DNA of 24,057 bases from Alphaproteobacteria bacterium (lineage in GTDB: Bacteria; Pseudomonadota; Alphaproteobacteria; Micavibrionales; UBA2020), in the NCBI GenBank assembly GCA_023136145.1, contig JAGLRU010000415.1, positions 1 through 24,057 of the forward strand, written 5' to 3'. The position numbers and the translations under genes are program-made. A model generated the notes under the pieces. The model ran no database searches. It was not told the origin of the DNA and worked only from the letters and a program-made list of their open reading frames with translations. This document shows, piece by piece, positions 1 through 9,387 of the stretch. The first letter of the stretch is position 1. Every line of letters starts with the position of its first letter.

Positions 1-165
1 AGTGTGTTTCTCACGCTTTGTTAATAAAACGGGAATCGGTGCTTCTGGAGAAATTCGCTCAATTGAGCCATAAATAAATCTATCCATCATAACATCCCCG
101 ATGCACAGGACACGGGCATTCTGAAGGGTGCTTAAATCTTCAAAAAGTGTATATTTTTCAGACAT
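1..165 (-). CDS. hldE: ADP-heptose synthase HldE/RfaE kinase domain, 5' part (runs off window start; not in ORF track)
   Basis: Hand translation from ATG at 165: [55 protein letters not shown]. This matches the HldE N-terminal signature GDVMLD...RISPEAPVPV. RBS AGAGG lies 5 nt upstream. Confidence 0.9.
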   Translation of the reverse strand, partial: MSEKYTLFEDLSTLQNARVLCIGDVMMDRFIYGSIERISPEAPIPVLLTKREKHT

Positions 166-366
166 TTAAACCTCTTTTTTGGTGAAAAGTCACCATCACT
201 ATTCTTTTATCATGATTACATAAATTGTTGCAATGTAAAATTTATCCTATATTTTTTATAATTTTCATATTTTGTTAACTATTAAGCATAATAATAGTGT
301 TTAAAGTACGTTTCAAAGCAAAACTAAAGTCTAAAAAGACATAACAGTTAAGGAGTGCAGTAAGTT

Positions 367-1341
367 ATGTTTCGAAGCCTTGATTATAGCGGATCAGAAA
401 CAGCTCCGGTATCTGCATCAAGGAGCAGTTTTTTCAGAGCCTTTGCTCAAGCGGTTAGAAGCTGCAAGTTAGGCGATCTTCTGATTGCGAGCGAGCTTAT
501 CAAACCCTTACATCTTCGAACCGCTCTTCTCGAACAGGAAAAAACGAACGAGAAATTAGGAAAAATCCTGATCCGTCAGGGTTCTATTACGACAGTTCAG
601 TTATATCAGAAGCTTACCGAACAATGGTGCATCAAACTTTCCACCGCCGGAATTACTTTGCTTATGCAGACTGTGATTCCGTCTCCTAGCTTAGCGGAGG
701 AATTAAGCGCCAATATAAAGGATGTCACCGCCGTTCAGTTTATGATGGCTTCAACAACAGTTCCGTCTGCTAACAAATATGCTCATACGCCTCGGCAATA
801 CCCTGAACTTTTCGGTACACGGGAAATCCGTTCCGATGACATTAGTGCCTTCAGAAAATGGACAGAGATGATAGGACGCTTTGAGGATCAGATGAAAACG
901 CAGACGGTGTCTTCCCCTCGCGTTATGATGTGGAAGGCGCAAATTCAGGAGTTGAGAGATAAATCCAGACAGGAGCAGATCGAGGGCATCAATGATTTCC
1001 TCAACAAAGTTACCTATATCGAGGACATTGATAACTATAACAAGTCCGACTACTGGGCAACGCCGGGGGAATTCTTAAGCCGTGGAGGAGACTGTGAGGA
1101 TTTTGCGATTGCGAAATATGCCTCCTTACGCGCGCTAGGTTTTTCAACAGATCAGTTGCGTATCGCCGTTGTGCAGGACACATTCAAAAATGTGGCGCAC
1201 GCGATTCTGATTGTGTATTCCGATTCCGGCGACTTCGTGTTGGACAACCAAGACAGGAAGGTAGAGACCGTAGCCTCTGTCAAACGTTATCAGCCCATCT
1301 TCTCTATCAACAGCACAAGCTGGTGGCGACACCAAGCGTGA
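367..1341 (+). CDS. Transglutaminase-like cysteine peptidase (BTLCP/peptidase C93, LapG-like) with N-terminal MshEN-type motif pair
   Basis: The C-terminus has DYWATP, GDCEDFAIAKY (Cys), HAILIV (His) and VLDN (Asp). aa 34-86 form two 24-aa LGxxL(I)xxGxIxxxxLxxxLxxQ-like motifs separated by 5 aa. RBS AAGGAG upstream. Confidence 0.88.
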   Translation: MFRSLDYSGSETAPVSASRSSFFRAFAQAVRSCKLGDLLIASELIKPLHLRTALLEQEKTNEKLGKILIRQGSITTVQLYQKLTEQWCIKLSTAGITLLMQTVIPSPSLAEELSANIKDVTAVQFMMASTTVPSANKYAHTPRQYPELFGTREIRSDDISAFRKWTEMIGRFEDQMKTQTVSSPRVMMWKAQIQELRDKSRQEQIEGINDFLNKVTYIEDIDNYNKSDYWATPGEFLSRGGDCEDFAIAKYASLRALGFSTDQLRIAVVQDTFKNVAHAILIVYSDSGDFVLDNQDRKVETVASVKRYQPIFSINSTSWWRHQA

Positions 1342-1358
1342 TTTGTTATGGTTCCGCA

Positions 1359-1392
1359 CGTCTTATGATGAAAAGAAAGTCTCTATGACGGC
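1359..1392 (+). repeat. 34-bp CGTC...TGACG-bounded element, second copy at 9428-9461 (minus)
   Basis: CGTCTTATGATGAAAA-N11-TGACGGC occurs at both sites; 27/34 identical by hand alignment. Confidence 0.7.
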
Positions 1393-1400
1393 AGTTTTGA

Positions 1401-1430
1401 ACTACAGAGCGCGCAGAGAACACAGAAGAA
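1401..1430 (+). repeat. Degenerate 9-bp-period (A/G)CAGAG tandem remnant
   Basis: The sequence reads act-acagagcgc-gcagagaac-acagaagaa. Confidence 0.45.
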
Positions 1431-1462
1431 TGTGTTATCCCGACAAAAGTTAGAATCTCGTA

Positions 1463-2887
1463 CTATTCCACCCATGCCACGCGGAGAATATTGGTTGATC
1501 CGGGTGTCCCGAATGGAACACCGGCTGTAATGACGAGACGCTGGCCTTTTTGCGCAATGTTATGCTCCAACGAGATGCGGCAAGCTTTTTTGACCATATC
1601 GCTGAAACTCTCGACATCCTTGGTATGTACAGAATGCACGCCATAGGAAAGCTGTAGTCTCCGCGCCACAATCATGTTTTCTGTTAGACATAGGATAGGA
1701 ACCGAGGGACGTTCCCGCGCTGTGCGAAGTGTCGTCGAGCCTGATGTCGTGTAATTAACGATGGCAGCAGCCGACAGCGTCATGGCTACCCAGTAGGCCG
1801 CTGATGTGATTGCTTCCGGTGAGGTCTCTCCGGGATCGGGATGTTCCGCATCCATGATCTTGCGATAAATATGGTCTTTCTCCACATCTGCGGCGATCTT
1901 GTCCATGATTTCTACAGCTTCGATTGGATATTCTCCGGCGGCGGTTTCCGCTGAGAGCATCACGGCATCAGTGCCATCGTAAATTGCCGTTGCTACATCA
2001 GAGGCTTCTGCTCGTGTTGGTCTTGGGCTGGAAGTCATTGATTCCAGCATTTGTGTCGCGATAATTACCGGTTTGCCTGCCTTCCGGCAAACCCGCACAA
2101 TACGTTTCTGGACGCTTGGTACACTCTCTGCCGGAATTTCAACTCCCAGATCACCACGTGCCACCATCACTGCATCCGAAATATCGATGATTTCATCAAG
2201 GCTTTCGAGGGCGGAAGGCTTTTCTATTTTTACGATAATCTTTGCGCGGATACCGATAAGCGCACGAGCTTCCTCGACATCTTCAGGACGCTGCACAAAA
2301 GAAAGAGCGATCCAGTCCGCGCCCATATCGATCGCAGCTTCGAGGTCGATGCGGTCTTTATCAGTTAGGGACGATACTTTCAGAATCACGTTTGGCAGAT
2401 TGACTCCCTTGCGGTTCATCAGCTTTTTTCCAGCGATAACTTCAGTTTCGATGAAATCAGAGCCTTTCTTAATAACGCGCAAATGCACATTTCCGTCATC
2501 CAATAGAATGTCGGAGCCTTCTTGCAGGGCTTCCAGAATTTCAGGATGCGGCAGGTAGACTCGTCGTTCGTCTCCCGGCTCTGGATTTGAATCGAGAATG
2601 ATCCGCATCCCTTTTTTAATAGAAATTTCGCCGTTTTTAAAAGTGCCGAGGCGCAGTTTTGGCCCTTGCATATCTGCGAACACGCCGATAGGCCTGTTCC
2701 TCTCCTTTTCAATCTCTCGAATGATGGAGATGCGCTTCCGGTGATCCTCATGTGTGCCATGGCTGAAGTTCAGACGAAAGACATCCACGCCGGACTTAAA
2801 CAGATTGCCGATTATCTCCCGTGTTGAAGAAGCAGGTCCCAGTGTTGCGATGATTTTTGTCTTACGATAACGCTTCAATGAGGGCAT
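1463..2887 (-). CDS. pyk: Pyruvate kinase
   Basis: Motifs TKIIATLGPAS, RLNFSHG, DMQGPKLR, KIEKP, MVARGDLGVE, ATQMLESM, DAVMLSAETA and GSTN. RBS AAGGAG. Confidence 0.98.
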   Translation of the reverse strand: MPSLKRYRKTKIIATLGPASSTREIIGNLFKSGVDVFRLNFSHGTHEDHRKRISIIREIEKERNRPIGVFADMQGPKLRLGTFKNGEISIKKGMRIILDSNPEPGDERRVYLPHPEILEALQEGSDILLDDGNVHLRVIKKGSDFIETEVIAGKKLMNRKGVNLPNVILKVSSLTDKDRIDLEAAIDMGADWIALSFVQRPEDVEEARALIGIRAKIIVKIEKPSALESLDEIIDISDAVMVARGDLGVEIPAESVPSVQKRIVRVCRKAGKPVIIATQMLESMTSSPRPTRAEASDVATAIYDGTDAVMLSAETAAGEYPIEAVEIMDKIAADVEKDHIYRKIMDAEHPDPGETSPEAITSAAYWVAMTLSAAAIVNYTTSGSTTLRTARERPSVPILCLTENMIVARRLQLSYGVHSVHTKDVESFSDMVKKACRISLEHNIAQKGQRLVITAGVPFGTPGSTNILRVAWVE

Positions 2888-2927
2888 TTTTCATCTCCTT
2901 CATTTATATAACCATGTCTAAAGGTAG

Positions 2928-3335
2928 CTAATCTTTTTTTATCACATCTTTTTGCACTTTTTCTTGACGTATAAGTTTTTCGATTTGTTCGGCTTTATCA
3001 AAGCTATGATCAAGTTTAAATGTAACTTTCGGGGTGTAGCGGAGATTCATGCGGCTCGCAAGAGCACTCCTGAAAAATCCGGCGGCGCGGTTAAGGGCAT
3101 CAAGAAATGTGTCTGCATTTTTGCCTCCAAGGGGCATAACGAAAGCGGTGGCGTGCTTTAAGTCGCGACCTATTTCAACGGAGGTAACAGTAATCACGTT
3201 CGCATTCAGAAGTTCTGGATCATAAAAATGCTCACGTTGCAAGATTTCCGCGAGAAGATGGCGGACTTGTTCGGCAACGCGCAATTGTCGCTGTCCCGGA
3301 GGTGCTCGACCGTCATGGGGTATGGGTTTTTTCAT
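2928..3335 (-). CDS. rbfA: 30S ribosome-binding factor A
   Basis: Motifs RQLRVAEQVR, VTSVEI..DLKHAT.FV and LRYTPKVTFKLD; directly after infB. ATG at 3335 preferred over the TTG at 3350. Confidence 0.95.
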   Translation of the reverse strand: MKKPIPHDGRAPPGQRQLRVAEQVRHLLAEILQREHFYDPELLNANVITVTSVEIGRDLKHATAFVMPLGGKNADTFLDALNRAAGFFRSALASRMNLRYTPKVTFKLDHSFDKAEQIEKLIRQEKVQKDVIKKD

Positions 3336-3346
3336 GTTATATGCTG

Positions 3347-5884
3347 TCAATCCAGTTGACGTTCTGTAATTTCCATTTCGAAGGCTTCGATCATGTCACC
3401 TTCCTTGATGTCGTCATAATTGTCGAAAGCCATCCCACATTCGTATCCCTTTTGCACATCACGGACTTCGTCTTTGAAGCGTTTTAACGTTTTGAGAGTT
3501 CCCTCGTGGATGACTACATTATCGCGCAATAGTCGTACTTTGGAACCGCGCTTGACAACCCCCTCCGTGACGAAACATCCGGCGATCTTGCCGAGCTTGC
3601 TGACATTAAAAACTTTGCGAATTTCAGCATATCCGATAAATTTCTCCTTGATGGACGGAGAGAGCAGCCCGCTGAGAAGGGATTTTACTTCGTCGATGAC
3701 TTCATAAATGATGGAGTAATAACTTATCTGTACGCCATCCCGCTTTGCGAGATCACGCGCCTGAGGATTGGCGCGGACGTTAAATCCGATAACCAGTGCT
3801 TTGGATGCGTTCGCCAAAGTAACATCGGACTCCGTAATGGCACCAACGCCTGAATGCAGTATCTGCACGCGGACTTCCTTGTTGTCCTCCGTGAGCTTGT
3901 TGATAGCACTGACGATGGCTTCCACCGAACCATGTACGTCTCCCTTGATTACGACTGGCAGGTCTTTGGCTACGCCCGCCTGAATTTCACTAATCATCTG
4001 GTCAAGTGGACGAGCACACTTAGTCTTGATGACCAGAAGGTCACGCTTTTTTCTGGCTCGAAATTCAGCGATTCCTCTAGCTTTTGCTTCGTCCTCCACA
4101 ACTGCGAAATCATCTCCGGCTTCCGGTATTCCGTTTATTCCAAGAATTTCGATAGGTTGCCCCGGGAGTGCTTCTTTCACTTGCTGCCCTCGATCATTAA
4201 TGAGAGCACGAACGCGACCAGTTTCAGAGCCGACTACGAATATATCCCCTTGCTTGAGTGTTCCATTCTGGACAAGGATGGTAGCGATGGAGCCTTTACC
4301 TTGCTCCATGCGAGATTCGATTACGGAGCCAATGGCGGTACGATCCGGATTGGCACGGAGGTTTAGAATTTCTGATTGTAGCAGGATTGCCTCTTCCAGA
4401 TTATCAAGACCTTTTTTTGTTTTGGCCGAGACTTCGATACATTGGCAGTCGCCGCCCATCTGCTCAACTATGACTTCATGTTGCAAAAGCTCTTGACGAA
4501 CCTTGTCAGTATTTGCGCCCGACAGATCGCATTTGTTGATGGCGATTATCATCGGTTTTTTCGCAGCTTTGGTGTGACTGATGGCCTCGATTGTTTGCGG
4601 CATTACGCTATCGTCGGCAGCCACAACAAGAATGACAATATCAGTTACGTCGGCACCACGAGCTCGCATATCAGTAAAAGCAGAGTGACCTGGAGTGTCA
4701 ATAAAAGTAATTTGCTTGCCTGTTTTCGTCTGTATCTGATAAGCACCAATGTGCTGAGTGATGCCTCCAGATTCACGGGCAACGACGTTTGTTAGACGGA
4801 TAGCATCCAAGAGAGATGTCTTACCGTGATCAACGTGCCCCATAATCGTCACAACGGGCGGACGGCTCTTCAGGTTTTCCTCTTTGTCCTCGACACTATG
4901 TATACCAAGTTCAATATCGGATTCCATGACGCGCTTCACTGTGTGCCCGAATTCATGAACTATCAGTTCAGCAGTGTCGGCATCGATGGTCTGGTTGCCA
5001 GTAGCCATAATATCCAGAGCCATAAGCTTTTTCACGACATCCCCCACACGCTCGGTCATGCGGTTGGCAAGCTCCTGTACGGTAATCACTTCAGGAATTA
5101 CAACTTCGCGGAACTGCTTTACTTTTTCTTGCGTGAAAGCTGCCTGTTTTGCTCGCACTCGAGCGCGAGCGCGACGCTGTGCAGCCATACTTGGTGTGCG
5201 ACTCTCGCGTTCGCCGAAGCCATTATTAATGACCTGATGGACAGTTAGTTTGCTATTGCTTCTACGACGTGCTTCGTTTGTTCGGGAGCCAGGACGTTTT
5301 TTGAGAGCTCCATCTGCATCGTTTCCTGTATCCGCAATAGTGCGACCATAGAAATCAACTTTGCGACCTGTTGGCTTTTTGTCGGCTGGAGGAGCGATGA
5401 CGGTTGGGTTTGCTGCCGGTATATTTCGTGGAGAGGATTCTTCCTGACGGCGACGTTCTGTCTCGGTAGCTTCATTGATTTGCTTGAGCTTCGCAATTTC
5501 CTGTTCACGGAGACTTTCTGCGGAAGCGGTCTCATCAGCAGAGCCTTCCTCTTCTTCATGGCCTTTGACCACAATTTTAGTTTGGTAGAGGGGGGTCGAT
5601 GTCTCCTTTGAGGTTTGCTGAGCCTGTTGCAGAGCGCGAATGCGGGCTTCGCGTTCGGCTTCTGTTAGGTGCAAGTCATCGAATGCTTCTTCCGCACGAG
5701 ATTTCGCCGCCATTTTGGCATGGACACCACGCTTTTTCCTGATCTCCACGGCAATTGGCCTTGAAAATCTTCCCGTTGCTACGTTATTGCGTCCAGCACC
5801 TGCTCCCAGAGGAGACTTTAGGCTGAGCGTGCCTTTCCCGGACAGGCTCAGTTTCTTGCTGTCGTTATCGGTTTTGTCTGTCAT
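3347..5884 (-). CDS. infB: Translation initiation factor IF-2
   Basis: G-domain motifs [35 protein letters not shown] and NKCD; C-terminal GYECG. Confidence 0.99.
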   Translation of the reverse strand: MTDKTDNDSKKLSLSGKGTLSLKSPLGAGAGRNNVATGRFSRPIAVEIRKKRGVHAKMAAKSRAEEAFDDLHLTEAEREARIRALQQAQQTSKETSTPLYQTKIVVKGHEEEEGSADETASAESLREQEIAKLKQINEATETERRRQEESSPRNIPAANPTVIAPPADKKPTGRKVDFYGRTIADTGNDADGALKKRPGSRTNEARRRSNSKLTVHQVINNGFGERESRTPSMAAQRRARARVRAKQAAFTQEKVKQFREVVIPEVITVQELANRMTERVGDVVKKLMALDIMATGNQTIDADTAELIVHEFGHTVKRVMESDIELGIHSVEDKEENLKSRPPVVTIMGHVDHGKTSLLDAIRLTNVVARESGGITQHIGAYQIQTKTGKQITFIDTPGHSAFTDMRARGADVTDIVILVVAADDSVMPQTIEAISHTKAAKKPMIIAINKCDLSGANTDKVRQELLQHEVIVEQMGGDCQCIEVSAKTKKGLDNLEEAILLQSEILNLRANPDRTAIGSVIESRMEQGKGSIATILVQNGTLKQGDIFVVGSETGRVRALINDRGQQVKEALPGQPIEILGINGIPEAGDDFAVVEDEAKARGIAEFRARKKRDLLVIKTKCARPLDQMISEIQAGVAKDLPVVIKGDVHGSVEAIVSAINKLTEDNKEVRVQILHSGVGAITESDVTLANASKALVIGFNVRANPQARDLAKRDGVQISYYSIIYEVIDEVKSLLSGLLSPSIKEKFIGYAEIRKVFNVSKLGKIAGCFVTEGVVKRGSKVRLLRDNVVIHEGTLKTLKRFKDEVRDVQKGYECGMAFDNYDDIKEGDMIEAFEMEITERQLD

Positions 5885-5910
5885 CTGAGTGTTTTTACCT
5901 TCCGTGCTTC

Positions 5911-7449
5911 TTAACCGTTGCTAACGATTGTATTGTTGTCATCTATCTTGTCGTCATCTTGAAACCAGCTTGCTCGCGCAGCCATAATAATCTCGTTGGC
6001 TTGTGATTCGCTCAGTTTGTCATCGCCGACTAGCTCACGTAACTCATCACTGGCTAGGTCGCCTAGATCATCCATTTTCTTGATGTTTTTCTCTCCGAGG
6101 GAGAGGATCATATCTTGAGTCAGCCCCTTGACATCAGCCAACTCCTTGCTGATGCCAATTTCGGCGGCGCGTTTTTCAAAAGCTACTTTTTTGATTTTAA
6201 GAAAGCTGGCTGCACGATTTTTCAATTCCGTTGCAACGTCAATGTCGAAGCCCTCGATCCTGCCGAGTTCCTCGTTGGATGTTTCAACGATGTCTTCGAT
6301 GGAAGAAAAACCTTCGACGACCAGAAGGTGCGCAATTACTTCGTCCACATCCATTGCTTCGATGAAGAGTGCAGAACATGTTTTAAGTTCTGTCTGGCGG
6401 CGTTCGGATTCTTCGGCTTCGGTCATGATGTCGATGTTCCAGCCGGAAAGCTGTGTTGCCAGACGTACGTTCTGACCACGCCTTCCAATGGCAAGGCTTA
6501 ACTGGTCGTCTGGAACTACTACATCCAAACGGCGACTATCCTCATCCATTACAACTTTTGTAACTTCAGCTGGAGCAAGTGCGTTAACGACGAATGTCGC
6601 TGTATCCTGCGTCCACGGAATGATGTCGATTTTTTCGCCTTGTAGTTCGCCAACGACTGCCTGAACACGACTACCGCGCATTCCAACGCAGGCACCAACA
6701 GGATCGATTGATGAATCGTTCGAAATGACAGCAATTTTAGCACGGCTGCCCGGATCGCGAGCAACGGCCTTGATCTCAATAATGCCGTCATAAATTTCCG
6801 GCACTTCCTGCCTAAACAATTTCGCTAGAAAATCTGCATGTGTGCGGGACAGAAACACTTGCGGACCACGAGCTTCTTGGCGTACATCGTAGATATATGC
6901 GCGAACGCGTTCTCCGTTTTTGAAATGTTCGCGTGGCAAAGCATCGTTGCGACGGAGGAAAGCTTCGCCACGACCTAGATCGACGGTAACATTGCCGTAC
7001 TCAACACGCTTCACGGTGCCGCTGACGATCTCGCCGATGCGATCCTTGTATTCCTCGAACTGACGTTCTCGTTCAGCATCACGTACCTTTTGGAAGATGA
7101 CCTGTTTCGCGGTTTGTGCGGCGATGCGTCCGAAATCTAGCGGCGGAAGTTTGTCAATGATATGTTCACCGAGCTGAACGTCTGATTTTATTTTCTTTGC
7201 CTGCTTTAAAAGTATTTGCTGCGTTTCCAGCTCTGGCGTTTCGGGATTGAATTCCTCAACTACATTACGATATCGGAAAAGCGAGATTTCGCCCGTTGAG
7301 CGGTCGATCTGTGCGCGAATATCGTGGTCGTAGCCGTATTTGGAACACCCTGCCTTTTGTATGGCTTCTTCCATCGCAGAAACCACTATTTCGCGGTCGA
7401 TGTTTTTTTCACGTGCTACTGCGTCTGCAACTTGAATTAATTCCTGCAT
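5911..7449 (-). CDS. nusA: Transcription termination/antitermination factor NusA (with C-terminal acidic repeats)
   Basis: Motifs [39 protein letters not shown] and [14 protein letters not shown]. Confidence 0.99.
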   Translation of the reverse strand: MQELIQVADAVAREKNIDREIVVSAMEEAIQKAGCSKYGYDHDIRAQIDRSTGEISLFRYRNVVEEFNPETPELETQQILLKQAKKIKSDVQLGEHIIDKLPPLDFGRIAAQTAKQVIFQKVRDAERERQFEEYKDRIGEIVSGTVKRVEYGNVTVDLGRGEAFLRRNDALPREHFKNGERVRAYIYDVRQEARGPQVFLSRTHADFLAKLFRQEVPEIYDGIIEIKAVARDPGSRAKIAVISNDSSIDPVGACVGMRGSRVQAVVGELQGEKIDIIPWTQDTATFVVNALAPAEVTKVVMDEDSRRLDVVVPDDQLSLAIGRRGQNVRLATQLSGWNIDIMTEAEESERRQTELKTCSALFIEAMDVDEVIAHLLVVEGFSSIEDIVETSNEELGRIEGFDIDVATELKNRAASFLKIKKVAFEKRAAEIGISKELADVKGLTQDMILSLGEKNIKKMDDLGDLASDELRELVGDDKLSESQANEIIMAARASWFQDDDKIDDNNTIVSNG

Positions 7450-7467
7450 TATATTTTTCCCATTTTC

Positions 7468-7965
7468 CTAATTAACCTTTTTCTGTGTTTGTTTCAGCAA
7501 ATCTTCTGTTAGTACCAGTTTCGCTTTCTCGATAAAAGAGAAGGGAATTTCCTTGTCGCCTTCTTCGGTAGAAATCATGATGCAATCATCCATTACGCCT
7601 TTCAGAAGCCCATTAAAACGCTTGCAATCCCCTATGGCGGGAGAGATCTCGATGCGTGCTTCCATGCCAGCGTAACGCTCAAAATCCTTTAAGCGAGTTA
7701 GCGGACGGTCAAGTCCCGGAGAGCCTACTTCGAGATAATAGGAAGAATTCTCAAGGACATTCTCAACGTCCAACACCGTAGAAATAGCCTGACTGAGCTT
7801 TCCACATTCATCGACCGTGATGGTGCCATCAGCGCGTTCCGCCATAATTTGTAAGGTAGGTCTTCCGCTGCCAGTCATTAAAATGCGCACGATCTCAAAC
7901 CCCATCGATTCAACGACGGGAGTGAGGATATGTTCTATTTTTTTAATCAGTGGCGTTTTGTTCAT
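7468..7965 (-). CDS. rimP: Ribosome maturation factor RimP
   Basis: Motifs LQIMAER, TVDEC..LS..IS.VLD and LEVGSPGLDRPL; first gene of the nusA-infB operon. Start placed at ATG 7965 because the longer ORF start overlaps the leader hairpin. Confidence 0.95.
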   Translation of the reverse strand: MNKTPLIKKIEHILTPVVESMGFEIVRILMTGSGRPTLQIMAERADGTITVDECGKLSQAISTVLDVENVLENSSYYLEVGSPGLDRPLTRLKDFERYAGMEARIEISPAIGDCKRFNGLLKGVMDDCIMISTEEGDKEIPFSFIEKAKLVLTEDLLKQTQKKVN

Positions 7966-7991
7966 TCCTGTACTCTTAATTTTCCCAAGAG

Positions 7992-8027
7992 AAAGGGCGG
8001 ACTCTAATTTATTAGAGTCCACCCTTT
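7992..8027 (-). promoter_or_regulatory. rimP leader hairpin / probable attenuator
   Basis: On the minus strand AAAGGGTGGACTCTAAT-AA-ATTAGAGTCCGCCCTTT forms a long stem (one G-U pair) followed by CTCTT. It lies between the promoter and the rimP start. Confidence 0.7.
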
Positions 8028-8053
8028 ATTGTCTATATCTGGGATTTGATGAA

Positions 8054-8083
8054 TTTATAGCATAAAAACTGATAATTCTGCAA
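8054..8083 (-). promoter_or_regulatory. sigma70-type promoter of the rimP operon
   Basis: TTGCAG-N18-TATAAA with an extended -10 TGn. Confidence 0.55.
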
Positions 8084-8127
8084 GAATTTTTTTGTTTTTA
8101 TTTACTTTCAAGGACTGTTCGTAAAAA

Positions 8128-8143
8128 TTAAGTCAATTTTAAC
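8128..8143 (+). promoter_or_regulatory. CtrA-binding box
   Basis: TTAA-GTCAATT-TTAAC is an exact TTAA-N7-TTAAC match, ending 44 nt before the DUF2336 ATG. Confidence 0.7.
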
Positions 8144-8187
8144 ATAACTTTTATACAATTGAATAAATCTTGATGAGGGATTTATAA

Positions 8188-9306
8188 ATGGGTGATAAAA
8201 ATAACAATCTGGAAGAACAGGCACTTGAGGTTAATATTTTGGACTCAAAACAGTTATTACAATACGCGCAAGATACAACGGAAATGGGCAAATTCCGGCT
8301 GGCGAATGCGGTTGCACAGTTTTTCGATGAAAAGAAGCTAAGCAAAGCGGAACAGGCTCTAACCAGTGAGATTATGCTCAACCTGATTCGTCAGGCTGAG
8401 ATTGATCTGCGGGAAGCACTTGCTGAAAGACTGTCAGTCCTTAGCAACGTCCCATCAGATGTTATTATATATCTCGCCAATGACACCATATCAGTTGCCA
8501 GACCTATTTTGCAGCACAGTCCTGTTTTAAGCGATGTTGACTTGATTTATATTATCGCATCGAAAGACGAAGATTATTGGGATTCTATCGCTAAACGCGA
8601 AAAGATTGGCTCCGTTGTCACGGATCGGTTGATCGACACCGGGAATCCAAAAACCATTCTCAGTCTGATCGATAACCAGCGTGTTGTACTGCAAAAAAAC
8701 TGCCTCAAAAAGCTGATTAAGGTTTCCTTGAAATCTGAAGAGTTGCAGGCATCGCTGCTACGCCGCCCGGAAATTGATGGTGATCTGGCAGTTGGTCTTT
8801 ACACATGTGCTTCACAGTACCTACGGAGAGAAATCACCGAACGGTTCAATCTGCCTATAGCGGTAATCGAAACCGCTCTGGAGTCTCTTGTCGAAGAACT
8901 AAGTCAGGAAGTAAAAGGATCGCGGAAGGTTACTCCTGAAATGATAGCGTTGGCCGGACGCTTCATGGAAAGGGACGAAATTTCTCCGGATCTTATGATT
9001 AAAACCCTCCGTCGTAGCCAGATTTCTTTCTTTATTGCTTTATTCGCCACGAAGATCAACTTTACGCCGGAAGCAGTCATGAAGCTGCTTCAGAAAGAGG
9101 AAGGAAAGTCTTTTGCGTTGGCCTGCCGGTCGATAGGGATGATGAAATCGGAGTTCGCCTCAATATTTCTTCTTAGTCGGGGGATCAGCACTGGCGACAG
9201 GATAGTCGATCAGCGTGCATTGGCTATGGCACTCAAATATTATGACACAATCAAGGAATTTGAAATCAAGCGCATTATGAAGTCTTTAGCGAAAAATCAG
9301 GAATGA
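8188..9306 (+). CDS. DUF2336 family protein
   Basis: All-helical 372-aa protein with R.ALAERL, LAND.I.VA.PIL..SP.L.D.DL, AKR..I...VTD.LI and LL.RP.I, typical of alphaproteobacterial DUF2336. Confidence 0.85.
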   Translation: MGDKNNNLEEQALEVNILDSKQLLQYAQDTTEMGKFRLANAVAQFFDEKKLSKAEQALTSEIMLNLIRQAEIDLREALAERLSVLSNVPSDVIIYLANDTISVARPILQHSPVLSDVDLIYIIASKDEDYWDSIAKREKIGSVVTDRLIDTGNPKTILSLIDNQRVVLQKNCLKKLIKVSLKSEELQASLLRRPEIDGDLAVGLYTCASQYLRREITERFNLPIAVIETALESLVEELSQEVKGSRKVTPEMIALAGRFMERDEISPDLMIKTLRRSQISFFIALFATKINFTPEAVMKLLQKEEGKSFALACRSIGMMKSEFASIFLLSRGISTGDRIVDQRALAMALKYYDTIKEFEIKRIMKSLAKNQE

Positions 9307-9387
9307 TTTAGTACTCTGTTAGACGTTATGGTCAGCCATAATTGGTTCGGAAATATAATCATTTGAAAAAATAACTATACCTTTTCC

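Noticed and set aside
301-315. CtrA box upstream of the BTLCP gene as a stand-alone feature
   Set aside because: It has one mismatch in a very AT-rich spacer, so it is kept only as supporting context.
1346-1373. Possible dif site (TTATGATGAAA resembles the XerD arm)
   Set aside because: There is no XerC arm ending in ATAA at the 6-bp spacing.
1359-1392. Hammerhead ribozyme or C/D-box RNA (ATGATGA)
   Set aside because: It lacks the CUGANGA core and matching stems, and no D box is present.
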